Shown: positions 1 to 8,885, counted from the first letter of the stretch. The stretch: DNA of 64,000 nt from Clostridium sp. CAG:343 (GCA_000431335.1 FR888054.1:10410-74409), one strand, 5' to 3'. The notes: generated from the letters alone by a model not told the origin. Program-made: numbers and translations.

Positions 1-1
1 T

Positions 2-190
2 TATAAATATAAAAATGAAAAAAGAAAATATGTTGTTATAAAAAATATTATTATAAAAGATACTGATTGGACTAATTTAGAAGAAAGTGATGGCAATATT
101 ATTACATTAATTACATGTGTTGAAAACCAACCAGAATATAGAAGATGTGTACAAGGAAAAGAAAAAATAGAAGAAAGAGAGGATTTTTAA
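2..190 (+). CDS. sortase, C-terminal fragment (5' end outside the window)
   Basis: The frame is open from the window edge to TAA at 188-190. ...ESDGNIITLITCVENQPEYRRCVQGKE carries the TLxTC catalytic-Cys signature. It sits directly upstream of an LPxTG protein. Confidence 0.7.
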   Translation, partial: YKYKNEKRKYVVIKNIIIKDTDWTNLEESDGNIITLITCVENQPEYRRCVQGKEKIEEREDF

Positions 191-194
191 TTTA

Positions 195-1466
195 ATGAAA
201 AAAACAAGAAAAATCAATATAGTAAAAATACTTTTAGTTATAAGTATATTATTTATAATAGATTTATTAATCGTTATTAATTCGGTTCGAGCAGAAAGTT
301 TAAATTCAGCTAATATTTATTCAATAGGAGATTGCGGAAATTTATTAACTTATAAAGGAGTAATAGTAAAAGTAAGTTATGTTCAATACACTAAAGATAA
401 TGTTAATTATCCTGCTTATTGTTTAGATAAAACAAAACCAGGAGCAGAAACTAGCCCATATGATGTGTCAATCAATAGTGCAATTAAGGATGTTGGTCTA
501 TGGAGGAGAATTATTAATGGATATCCATATAAAACAATAAAGGAATTAGGAGTAGAAAATAAGGAAGAAGCTTTTACAGCTACAAAACAAGCAATATACT
601 GTTATATTCATGGAAATAATCCAGAAGATTATGGAGCAATTGGTTCGGCTGGACAAAGAACACTAAATGCTATGAAAAATATAATTAATAATGCACAAAA
701 TTCTAATGAAACTCAAATTTCAAATACAATTACAATAAATAGAATAGATAGTGAATGGAAACAAGACAGTATAGATAAAAGTTATGCATATAAAGTTTAT
801 AGTGTACAGGCAGGTAGTAGTATAATGAATTATACTGTTGATGTAACAAAGGAAGGTTCAGAAAGTATAGGAGGAATAAAAATAACAGATGAAAACAATC
901 AAGAAAAATCGGAGTTTAGTCCAAATGAAAATTTTAAAATTTTAATTCCAATAAATAATATGAAAGAAACTGGAACTTTATATATAAAAGTAAAATCTAA
1001 AGTAGAAACAAAACCAGTATTATATGGAACTGCACCAAGTAGTTCATATCAAGATTATGCTTTAACAGTAGCAACATATGAAGATGGAATAGGTAATATT
1101 AAAGATGAATATAATAAAAATGAAACTAAAATCATTATTATAAAAAAAGATCAAGATGATGGAAAAGTACTAGAGGGCATAGAGTTTCAATTGCTAAATG
1201 ATAAAAAAGAAGTAATATATGCAGATTTAAAAACTGATTCAGATGGAAAAATAGTAATAGAAAATTTAGTTCCAGGTAATTATTATATAAAAGAAATAAA
1301 AACAATAGATGGTTATGAATTATATGAATATCCAATTCAAGTAGAAGTTGGATTTAATCAAGAGGTAAGTGTGACAGTTAATAATAAAAAAGAAGAAAAG
1401 CCACAAATAATTACTAATAAAACTGCGAGTAAAGAAATAAAAAGATTACCTGTTACAGGAATGTAA
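195..1466 (+). CDS. secreted surface adhesin/pilin-like protein: thioester-like domain, SpaA/CnaB-type domain and LPVTG motif
   Basis: N-terminal TM/signal ILLVISILFIIDLLIVINSVRA. YCLD ... TKQAIY resembles the Cys/Gln thioester-domain pair. KKDQDDGKVLEGIEFQL..DSDGKIVIENLVPGNYYIKEIKTIDGYEL is a SpaA/CnaB-type fold. The protein ends KRLPVTGM-stop. Confidence 0.65.
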   Translation: MKKTRKINIVKILLVISILFIIDLLIVINSVRAESLNSANIYSIGDCGNLLTYKGVIVKVSYVQYTKDNVNYPAYCLDKTKPGAETSPYDVSINSAIKDVGLWRRIINGYPYKTIKELGVENKEEAFTATKQAIYCYIHGNNPEDYGAIGSAGQRTLNAMKNIINNAQNSNETQISNTITINRIDSEWKQDSIDKSYAYKVYSVQAGSSIMNYTVDVTKEGSESIGGIKITDENNQEKSEFSPNENFKILIPINNMKETGTLYIKVKSKVETKPVLYGTAPSSSYQDYALTVATYEDGIGNIKDEYNKNETKIIIIKKDQDDGKVLEGIEFQLLNDKKEVIYADLKTDSDGKIVIENLVPGNYYIKEIKTIDGYELYEYPIQVEVGFNQEVSVTVNNKKEEKPQIITNKTASKEIKRLPVTGM

Positions 1467-1472
1467 TGAGAT

Positions 1473-1516
1473 AAGCAACTAGTATATAATATACATTGTA
1501 TTAGTTGCTTTTTATT
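1473..1516 (+). terminator. rho-independent terminator of the adhesin gene
   Basis: AAGCAACTA (1473-1481) pairs with TAGTTGCTT (1502-1510), followed by TTTATTT. Confidence 0.6.
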
Positions 1517-1545
1517 TATTATTTAAATTATGAATATATAAAATA

Positions 1546-1573
1546 TTGACTTTTGCATAAAAAACATTACAAT
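1546..1573 (+). promoter_or_regulatory. sigma-A-type promoter firing into the foldback
   Basis: TTGACT (1546-1551), a 16-nt spacer, then TACAAT (1568-1573). No CDS with a ribosome-binding site follows. Confidence 0.45.
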
Positions 1574-2034
1574 TCAGTAAGAAATGATTATGATGTCTAA
1601 GTTTTGGCTCACTATAACACTTAAATTTTATTTAATGACGTTTGATTGGAATGAAAAATAGAAAATCTTTTACAAGAAAATGAGTAATGTTCACGGGCAA
1701 AATTATTATTATATAAATTTAAACTTTTCTCGGTTCAATACATAATCTAAGAATTTCTAAAATAATTTAATGGCACCCTTTCACTTAGTCCGAGCTAAAG
1801 CTCGACGCGAACATTTTCCATTAAATTATTTAAGAAATTCTAAGATTACTCCAATCACATTTGAAAAGTTTAAATTTATATAATAATAATTTTGAGTCTG
1901 AGTGAAAGCGCCTTGTTTTCTTGTATTAGATTTCCTTTTTGAATGAAATGAAAAGACATTAAATAAAATCTAAGTGTTATAGTTGGAGCCAATGCTTGGA
2001 CATCATAAGCATTTTTTACTGACCTGTAACAGTA
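1564..2034. repeat. roughly 470-bp imperfect foldback (long inverted repeat); candidate hairpin RNA or MITE-like element
   Basis: 1699-1729 pairs 31/31 with 1863-1893. 1743-1773 pairs 29/31 with 1818-1848. 1564-1645 pairs with 1950-2033 at roughly 85%. Apical stem-loop CGAGC-TAAA-GCTCG at 1791-1804. A T6 run at 2035-2040 follows. Confidence 0.85.
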
Positions 2035-2070
2035 TTTTTTCAAACCTACTTTTCAAAAAACAAACTTTCT

Positions 2071-2078
2071 TGTATAAT
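2071..2078 (+). promoter_or_regulatory. extended -10 (TGTATAAT) for the transglycosylase gene
   Basis: TGTATAAT lies 23 nt upstream of ATG 2101, with RBS AAAGGGTG between them. Confidence 0.35.
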
Positions 2079-2100
2079 ATAAAAAAAGGGTGATAAATTT

Positions 2101-2787
2101 ATGAAAATACTAAAAAAATTATTAATTTTCTTATTAATTTTACTACTACTTGTTAGTACTTTTATTTTTCTAATTGGTTTTGGATATTACTCTAAAACCC
2201 TCCATGAGAAATCTCTAACATCTCGTGTAGAAGAAGTAACTAGTAAAAAACATTTTGTTCCTTTTGAACAATTACCTAAAAATTATATTAACGCAGTAAT
2301 TGCTGTAGAAGATCATCGCTACTATGAGCATGGACCTGTTGATTTTATTGGTATTGCTAGGGCCTTGTATACTAATATTAGAGATGGAGAATTTGATGAA
2401 GGTGGAAGTACTATTACACAACAAGTTGCAAAAAATATTATTTTTAATCAAGATAAAACTTTAATTAGAAAAATAGGTGAAATTTTTGGTGCTTACGATT
2501 TAGAAAAAAATTACTCTAAAGATGAAATACTAGCATTATATGTAAATTCAAATTATTTTGGTGATGGTTATTATGGAATCTATGCTGCAAGTATGGGATA
2601 TTATAAAAAAGAACCCAAAGATTTAACTTTAGAAGAAGCTTCTATGTTAGCTGGAATTCCAAATGCTCCTTCTGTTTATTCACCTTCTATAAATCCTGAC
2701 TTAGCCAAAAAAAGGCAATCTCATGTTTTAAATGCAATGGTTCAGTATGGATACATTACAGAAGAAGAAGCTAATTCAATTAAATAG
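2101..2787 (+). CDS. monofunctional peptidoglycan glycosyltransferase (GT51)
   Basis: N-terminal TM segment. EDHRYYEHGPVDFIGIARA and GGSTITQQVAKN are the GT51 transglycosylase motifs. At 228 aa there is no transpeptidase domain. Confidence 0.85.
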   Translation: MKILKKLLIFLLILLLLVSTFIFLIGFGYYSKTLHEKSLTSRVEEVTSKKHFVPFEQLPKNYINAVIAVEDHRYYEHGPVDFIGIARALYTNIRDGEFDEGGSTITQQVAKNIIFNQDKTLIRKIGEIFGAYDLEKNYSKDEILALYVNSNYFGDGYYGIYAASMGYYKKEPKDLTLEEASMLAGIPNAPSVYSPSINPDLAKKRQSHVLNAMVQYGYITEEEANSIK

Positions 2788-2792
2788 TAAAT

Positions 2793-2828
2793 AAAAGTCA
2801 TAAAAAATTTTTTATGACTTTTTTATTT
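2793..2828 (+). terminator. rho-independent terminator
   Basis: AAAAGTCATAAAAAA / TTTTTTATGACTTTT perfect palindrome (2793-2822), followed by a T run. Confidence 0.6.
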
Positions 2829-2862
2829 TCTGTTACATATATTTAAAATAAGGAGTTTAATT

Positions 2863-3645
2863 ATGAGAATTTTAATTTTTAATAAAAAGTTTTTAATTTT
2901 TATGTGCATTATATTTTTTATAATATTTTCTATGTATTTCTATTATCATAATCCATTTTCCATGGCTGTTGAGCTTTCAATAAACAATGGCTTGGATGAT
3001 AACGCAAAAGAAAAAATAATGTCTTTAACAAAAGGAACTGAAAAAATTGCATATTTAACTTTTGATGATGGACCTACTCTTAGAGCTACGCCTAGGGTAT
3101 TAGATATACTTAAAGAAGAAAATGTAAAAGCTTCATTTTTTGTTATTGGAAAGTATGTAGATAAACATCCTGAACTAGTAAAGAGAGCTTATGATGATGG
3201 TCATTATATTGCAAATCATGGTTATGATCATAGTAATAAAAAATTATACGAGAGTAATGCTAGTTTTATTAATGAAGTAAAAAAAACTGATATCGAAATT
3301 GGAAAAGCGATTGGCATTGATAATTATTGTTCTCATATATTTCGATTTCCAAATGGTTATATGTCTCCAAACAATAAATCTCAAAAAAAGGTAAGTGCCA
3401 AGCTTCTTCAAGAAATGGATTATGTATATGTAGATTGGAATTGTTTAAATAATGATTCTGTAAAAAAATATTCTAATTATCAATTATTAAACAATCTTAA
3501 AAAATCTGCTAAAAACAAAGGAACTTTAGTTGTTCTAATGCATGATACTTCTGATGTTAATGATACTCCTAGTATTTTAAAAGATTCCATAGATTATTTA
3601 AAAAGTGAAGGTTATGTATTTCAAAATTTTTATGATTTATTGTAA
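2863..3645 (+). CDS. polysaccharide deacetylase (CE4, NodB homology domain)
   Basis: N-terminal TM segment. YLTFDDGP and ANHGYDH motifs are typical of CE4 deacetylases. Confidence 0.8.
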   Translation: MRILIFNKKFLIFMCIIFFIIFSMYFYYHNPFSMAVELSINNGLDDNAKEKIMSLTKGTEKIAYLTFDDGPTLRATPRVLDILKEENVKASFFVIGKYVDKHPELVKRAYDDGHYIANHGYDHSNKKLYESNASFINEVKKTDIEIGKAIGIDNYCSHIFRFPNGYMSPNNKSQKKVSAKLLQEMDYVYVDWNCLNNDSVKKYSNYQLLNNLKKSAKNKGTLVVLMHDTSDVNDTPSILKDSIDYLKSEGYVFQNFYDLL

Positions 3646-3650
3646 TATAA

Positions 3651-3688
3651 AAAGAACAGTATAATTCAAAATAATTATACTGTTCTTT
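3651..3688. terminator. bidirectional terminator between convergent genes
   Basis: AAAGAACAGTATAATT (3651-3666) pairs with AATTATACTGTTCTTT (3673-3688). Confidence 0.6.
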
Positions 3689-3699
3689 CTATAAATGAT

Positions 3700-4188
3700 T
3701 TACATAGTCACCTCAATTTGATATATATTTCTGCTTCCATCTAATTTAATATAATTTTCTATCTTCTCGCCATTTAATTTTATCTCAGAAACTCCCATAT
3801 TCTTTCCATTTGTATTTTTTATTCTAATATTATAAATACTTTCTTTCCATTTGTATTGAATTTGGTATTCTTTCCATTCTTTTGGAATGCATGGTTCTAT
3901 CTTCATATATCCCTTTTCTATTTTTAATCCTAATATATATTCAATTCCCGCTTTATAATACCAGCTACTTGACCCTGTATACCATGTCCAACCACCTTGT
4001 CCTGCTAAATTACTTGCTCCATAAACATCTGCAGCAATAACATATGGCTCTACTTTATACTTTTTACTTGCTTCTTTTGTCCTTGCATGTTCAATCGGAT
4101 TTATCATTCTGTATAGTTCTGTTGCTTTATCTCCAAATCCTAACATTGTCTCTGCTATAATAACCCATATTGCACTATGTGTGTATTG
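3700..4188 (-). CDS. 3' segment (163 codons) of the interrupted GH94/cyclic-beta-1,2-glucan-synthase-like gene
   Basis: The frame of ORF 3700-4146 stays open upstream to 4188 and reads QYTHSAIWVIIAETMLGFGDK...GGWTWYTGSSSWYY. This continues the ...VRENGGQYTH end of the ORF at 11225-18940. Confidence 0.8.
   Translation of the reverse strand, partial: QYTHSAIWVIIAETMLGFGDKATELYRMINPIEHARTKEASKKYKVEPYVIAADVYGASNLAGQGGWTWYTGSSSWYYKAGIEYILGLKIEKGYMKIEPCIPKEWKEYQIQYKWKESIYNIRIKNTNGKNMGVSEIKLNGEKIENYIKLDGSRNIYQIEVTM
4177..4188. repeat. att core copy 1 (ATGTGTGTATTG)
   Basis: Identical to 11240-11251. Encodes QYTH on the minus strand. Confidence 0.8.
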
Positions 4189-4206
4189 TTGTTGTGGACA
4201 TTTTTT

Positions 4207-5836
4207 CTATCCTACTTTTTTCTCATATTCTTTTCTAGCACATATAAAATTATTATTTAAATCTTGTAATGGTTTAAAATTGAAATAAATATCAACTTGC
4301 TTGTCGCTATGAATTTCAATTTTTTCTATAAATTCTCTAATTATTTCTTTTGTTGGTTTTTCCATATTAAGAAACTCTTCTATCAAATTATCTAATCTAT
4401 TATCATTTTTTGTCTTATCACTTTCTCCTGATAGCTCTTGTTCAAGCTCTTTGATGTTTTGTTCATATCCTCTAACCAATTCTTTTATTCTATTTGCATT
4501 TTTCATATATTCCTCAAGTGTTATAATTCCTGCCAGTCTATCATCATACATTACTTCCAACTTTCTAGTTTCACTCTCTACCTGCTGTTTAAAAGATTCT
4601 ATTTGTTTTTTTATATCTATTTCTTTTGATTGTTTTGTTTTTGTTTGTTTTGCAATTTCTTCTAGTTTTTTTGTATTGGTATATTCTTTACAAACTTCTC
4701 TTAAAACTTCTAGCATTTGTTCTTCAAAAACTTGATAATTAAAATTGTGTGGTGAACATACATCAAATTTTCCAAACCTTCCATATCTTTGGCATCTACC
4801 ATAAATATTTCCGTTTTTATCTGGACTTCTTATTCCAATATATCCTTTGCAATCATAACATCTAAGTAATCCCTTAAATAAGTAATCATTTTGAACTACT
4901 CTTGAGCCTTTAGTTGCTTGAATTACTTTTTTTGCTCTTTCAAAATCCTCTTTACTTATAATAGCTTCGTGCATATTTTCTACTTTTATCCAATCTTCTT
5001 CTGGTAAATCTATAAATTTTTTAGATTTAAAACTTACTTTCTTTCTTTTTCCTTGTATAACTGTTCCTGTATAAATTTCATTTGAAAGAATAAATCTTAC
5101 TGTAGATTGTTGCCATAGTCCATAAGTTAAAGACTTTGTTCCCCTTTTTCTCTTGTTATAATCTGATGGAATTGGAATCTTCTTTTTACTTAAATAATCT
5201 GCTATTTGCATTGTACCAAACCCTGCTAAATATTTTTCATATATTAGTTTTACTACATTTGCTGCTTCTTCATCTATTATTAAATGGTATTTATTTTCTG
5301 GATCTTTTTTATAGCCATAAGGTGCTGTTCCTAAATATTCTCCAAGATTTCTTTTTGATTGTAATACACTATTTATTTTCTTTGATGTATCTTTTGCATA
5401 CATTTCATTTAATATTGATTTAAATGGTGCTATATCATTGTTTGATGTATTATAAGCCGTATCTATATTGTCTAATATTGCAACAAACCTTACTTCATGT
5501 TCTGGAAAATATGTTTCAATGTATAATCCTGATTGCACATAATTTCTACCTAGTCTTGATAAGTCTTTCGTGACGATCATATTGATTTTACCGAGTTTCA
5601 ATATCTGCTATCATTCTATTAAATGCAGGTCTATCAAAACTTGTACCACTTACACCATCATCAACGTATTCTGATATAAAGTTTAGTTTGTTTTCTTTGA
5701 TATATTGCATTAGCAAAGTTCTTTGGTTTCCAATACTTTCACTTTCTTGATATTTTTCTTTTTCTTCATCTTCTCTTGAAAGCCTTATATATATGCCTAC
5801 TTTATAATCAATATTATTCATTATTGTATAGCTCAC
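4207..5836 (-). CDS. large serine recombinase; reading frame requires a +1 shift at CGG 5593-5591
   Basis: The resolvase N-domain (YIRLSREDE..., ..DDGVSGTSFDRPAFNRMIADIET) continues as GKINMIVTKDLSRLGRN plus recombinase/zinc-ribbon/coiled-coil regions in the +1 frame. The span is 3n+1. Likely GTG start at 5836 after AAGGAGG. Confidence 0.8.
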
Positions 5837-5934
5837 ATTTACCTCCTTACTTGCTATGTAAAGATAATGAGATAATATTGATACTCTTTGCAAGTATTAT
5901 AACATATTATCTCACTAAATACCATTATTTTACT

Positions 5935-6072
5935 TTAATTTTTCTTCAGACAATAATTTCCAAATGCTCTTTCTATTATTTTCTCTAATGCTTCTCCTTT
6001 TTCATTAAATATAATATTTATTTTAAAATTCTTTTTCTTTTTATACTTTTTCTTTTCTTTTCTTTCTTGCAT
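5935..6072 (-). CDS. small basic protein (45 aa) upstream of the recombinase
   Basis: ATG preceded by AAAGGAGTG. MQERKEKKKYKKKKNFKINIIFNEKGEALEKIIERAFGNYCLKKN. Below the ORF-track size cutoff. End coordinates are +/-1. Confidence 0.3.
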   Translation of the reverse strand: MQERKEKKKYKKKKNFKINIIFNEKGEALEKIIERAFGNYCLKKN

Positions 6073-6497
6073 AAATCTCACTCCTTTAGTTGTAATTATT
6101 TCCAATTTTTCCTTACTTTATACAATACACTCTGCTATGTCTTATCAATTTAAAAACCACAAGTGGATTTAATCCCATATGAGATTTGCCCTCATTCCTC
6201 TTTTTAGAGAATCGCCCCTTCACATCACGTTAGCCAGACGAAAGTTTCATTATCTGTGCTTGTAGTTTGCTATTCAATTTTCAATGTGCTTTACTGTGAT
6301 AGAAAATAATTATTTACACGTGCTATTTTCTACTTGCGATTTTTATTATAAGAGCCTTAAAAAGTGTTGTAAATACTTTTTTGCAAGTCTATAGATAAAT
6401 TAAAAATTGAAATAGCTATATTCTATTTTTGAAAATGGAGGAAACATTGATATGATAACTAATTTTACACTTAAGAATAATAAAATTGTAATAAAAA

Positions 6498-7498
6498 ATG
6501 ATAGGAGAATTTTTTGGTGCTACTCATGATTTTGAATATAATATTGGAGATAAATTATATGAATTTGCAATAATGAGTTATGAATATTTTGATAAATTGA
6601 AAACAATGTATACTGGGTTAATAGAACTTGTATGTTCTGCTAAAGAAGCAAATATTATGGATGAAAAATTAGATTGTTTCTTTAAAATGTTTCAAATAGT
6701 TAGAGCGTGTTTAGAATTTTCGCCATATACTCATTTTTATACACAAGTCTTAATAGATATAATAGAAAATCTTATAAAAAAAAGACTGATTTAAAAAAGC
6801 GATTAGAATTGATAAGTAAATATTCTAATAACTCTATTGTAAAAAATTTAAGTACAGAAGAAAGACTATATTTATATGAGGCAAAAAGATTTTTTGACAT
6901 ACACTATCTTAATACTAATCCAGCACATGCAATCTTTTTAGATACCAAATTTAAAACAAAATATGTCTGTAATAAAGGATTATCACTACAAGAGAGAAGA
7001 TTAGATGTAGAAGATGTAGTTAAATTAATCAAAGAAAAACATATTGCTGTAGAAGAAGTCTATGAATTAGAAAGTTCTGAAGAACAAATTAGATTTGAGT
7101 TATTTAAAGTAATTCAAAATAATTTTACTATCAATAAATGTGAAAATTGTGGAAAATTATTTATTCCTGTAACCAGTAGTAAAAATCCAAATCAAAAAGG
7201 AAAAAATGGCCAAAAATATTGCAATAGCTTATATTTAGATACTGGAAAAACTTGTAAAGAAATTGGAGCATTAAATAAACAAAAAGAAAAAGTTCAAAAT
7301 AGTTCAATTTTAAAGGAATACAACAGAGAATATAAAAGAATGCATGGTTTACACTATAATCATACGAAAGAATTTAAAGAAAAGCAATTCAAAGAATGGT
7401 CTGAAAAAGCTAGAGAATTAAGAGATACTTATACTAATGAACAAATAGAAGATTTTAAAATAGAATTGAAGAAATTAAGTGATTTGTATTGGAAATAG
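6498..7498 (+). CDS. element-encoded Cys4 zinc-ribbon protein; two overlapping frames joined at an A8 run (6776-6783)
   Basis: ORF 6498-6794 and ORF 6707-7498 overlap. A -1 shift on ATA-AAA-AAA-G fuses ...IIENLIKKK to TDLKKRLELISKY.... CENCGKLF...CNSLYLDTGKTC is a zinc ribbon. A well-placed RBS/ATG at 6452 is in yet another frame (T6 run at 6510-6515). Confidence 0.45.
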
Positions 7499-7597
7499 AA
7501 AAGTATACATATATTCAATTTTTCAATTTACTAATACATATACTTTTATAATTCATATTTTAACACTCCAACTCCCTATTAAAAAATATATAAAAAA

Positions 7598-7634
7598 GAA
7601 GGAGGAACTCTGAAATTTCAAAGTTCTCTCCTTC
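7598..7634. terminator. bidirectional terminator between convergent genes
   Basis: GAAGGAGGAACTCTGAAATTTCAAAGTTCTCTCCTTC is an imperfect hairpin. Confidence 0.5.
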
Positions 7635-7680
7635 TATCTGTGTTTGGAAACAAATTAGGATAGTTTTACAGTGGTCAGTG

Positions 7681-8586
7681 CTACTTAATATAAAGCGTGG
7701 CACGAAAACCAGTGAAGCTATAGATGATAACATGATTGCCGAAATAGCGACAGGCGACAGGATAATTGTTCCCACTAAAGTTGCAATTGCCACCACGGAT
7801 AACACGACGTGAACTTTCGTTCTGTTCTTGTGTCCATTCATCTACATTACCTGCAAAGTCGTAGATGTTATTAGCACACCATTCTTCTCTGCTTCCTGTT
7901 TCAACTACTTTCTTCGGAGAATTCTCTGTATTCCAATGGTTGCCCCATTCAGTAGAGTCCTCTACAATTTCAGTAAGAGTTTTAACTTCCGTTTTGATAA
8001 ACCATTCCAATACCGAATCATATTCTGCACCAAAAGTCAGATGACTCTTAACTGCTTCATTATCTTCGATAGTGGATGCAACCTTCTTGGCATCATCAAA
8101 ATTGATGTTTACCCACGGCATAACGCCTTTTACCGACTGTGGTTTTCCTTCTGAACTTTTGGAAATGTTATAACGAGAAATATAAAATCCCCCATATTTC
8201 TTAACACTTTCAAGTTGCATGGCAAGTTCGCCCGTCAATGTTTCATGAAATTCGCCTTCTGAGAATTCATTGTTCCGATAATTTCTTCTTCCAAACTTCT
8301 CGGCAAATGAAACTCCATCAAGTGTTCCATTAGAATCAAGGCTCCAAACAGGAATCCAAACGAACTGACTGCCATCAGAATCTCTTTCAATTACAAAGCC
8401 GTTCTTCCAGTCTCCGCAAACATACTTGTATCCCTCCGGTATCGGCGGATTTGCATAATTTTCAGAATAAACATTAGCTGTAGCAATGTTCAGAGCTCTG
8501 ATAATTAACTCTCCACTTGTTCCCTCTGAGACTTCAAAGGTTATACCCTTTTCTGCCTCAAGCACAAATTTTTCATACCGTTTCAT
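7681..8586 (-). CDS. FGE/SUMF1-family (formylglycine-generating-enzyme-like) domain protein
   Basis: The C-terminal ...WTQEQNESSRRVIRGGNCNFSGNNYPVACRYF... matches the FGE-sulfatase fold signature (R-V-x-R-G-G). G+C is visibly higher than its surroundings. RBS is AAGGAGGAA. Confidence 0.6.
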   Translation of the reverse strand: MKRYEKFVLEAEKGITFEVSEGTSGELIIRALNIATANVYSENYANPPIPEGYKYVCGDWKNGFVIERDSDGSQFVWIPVWSLDSNGTLDGVSFAEKFGRRNYRNNEFSEGEFHETLTGELAMQLESVKKYGGFYISRYNISKSSEGKPQSVKGVMPWVNINFDDAKKVASTIEDNEAVKSHLTFGAEYDSVLEWFIKTEVKTLTEIVEDSTEWGNHWNTENSPKKVVETGSREEWCANNIYDFAGNVDEWTQEQNESSRRVIRGGNCNFSGNNYPVACRYFGNHVIIYSFTGFRATLYIK

Positions 8587-8690
8587 AGTTTATTCCTCCT
8601 TAAGTGATAATTTTATAACGGTTTCAACATGGCTATTGCCATTATGTTAATAATACCACATTTCTTGCATTTTGTAAAATTTGAATTTAT

Positions 8691-8885
8691 TTAATTTACA
8701 TATTTAATTCTTCCTTTTTTATTTTCATAACTATATTGTGGCTCTTTTAATGAATAATTTAAATATGATTTTTCTTTATCTATATTATTATTTGAATAAT
8801 TTCTGTTTCTTCTTTCGTTGTGTCTAAACATTCCTTTTAGATTTTCTCTTTTGTATTTTGTGTTTCTTATTATTGCATAACTCAT
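8691..8885 (-). pseudogene. MobV-family relaxase (Pre/Mob), N-terminal 64-aa remnant
   Basis: MSYAIIRNTKYKRENLKGMFRHNERRN..NIDKEKSYLNY matches the MobV N-terminus, including the HxxR/HNER motif. Full-length relaxases are several-fold longer. Confidence 0.65.

Noticed and set aside
6160-6260. A tRNA or tmRNA-like gene serving as an integration target inside the element.
   Set aside because: I could build no acceptor/T-arm pairing or GTTCRANYC T-loop on either strand.
7560-7841. A 93-aa minus-strand ORF overlapping the 3' end of the FGE-like gene in another frame.
   Set aside because: It overlaps a better-supported CDS, has no RBS, and runs through the bidirectional terminator hairpin at 7598-7634.
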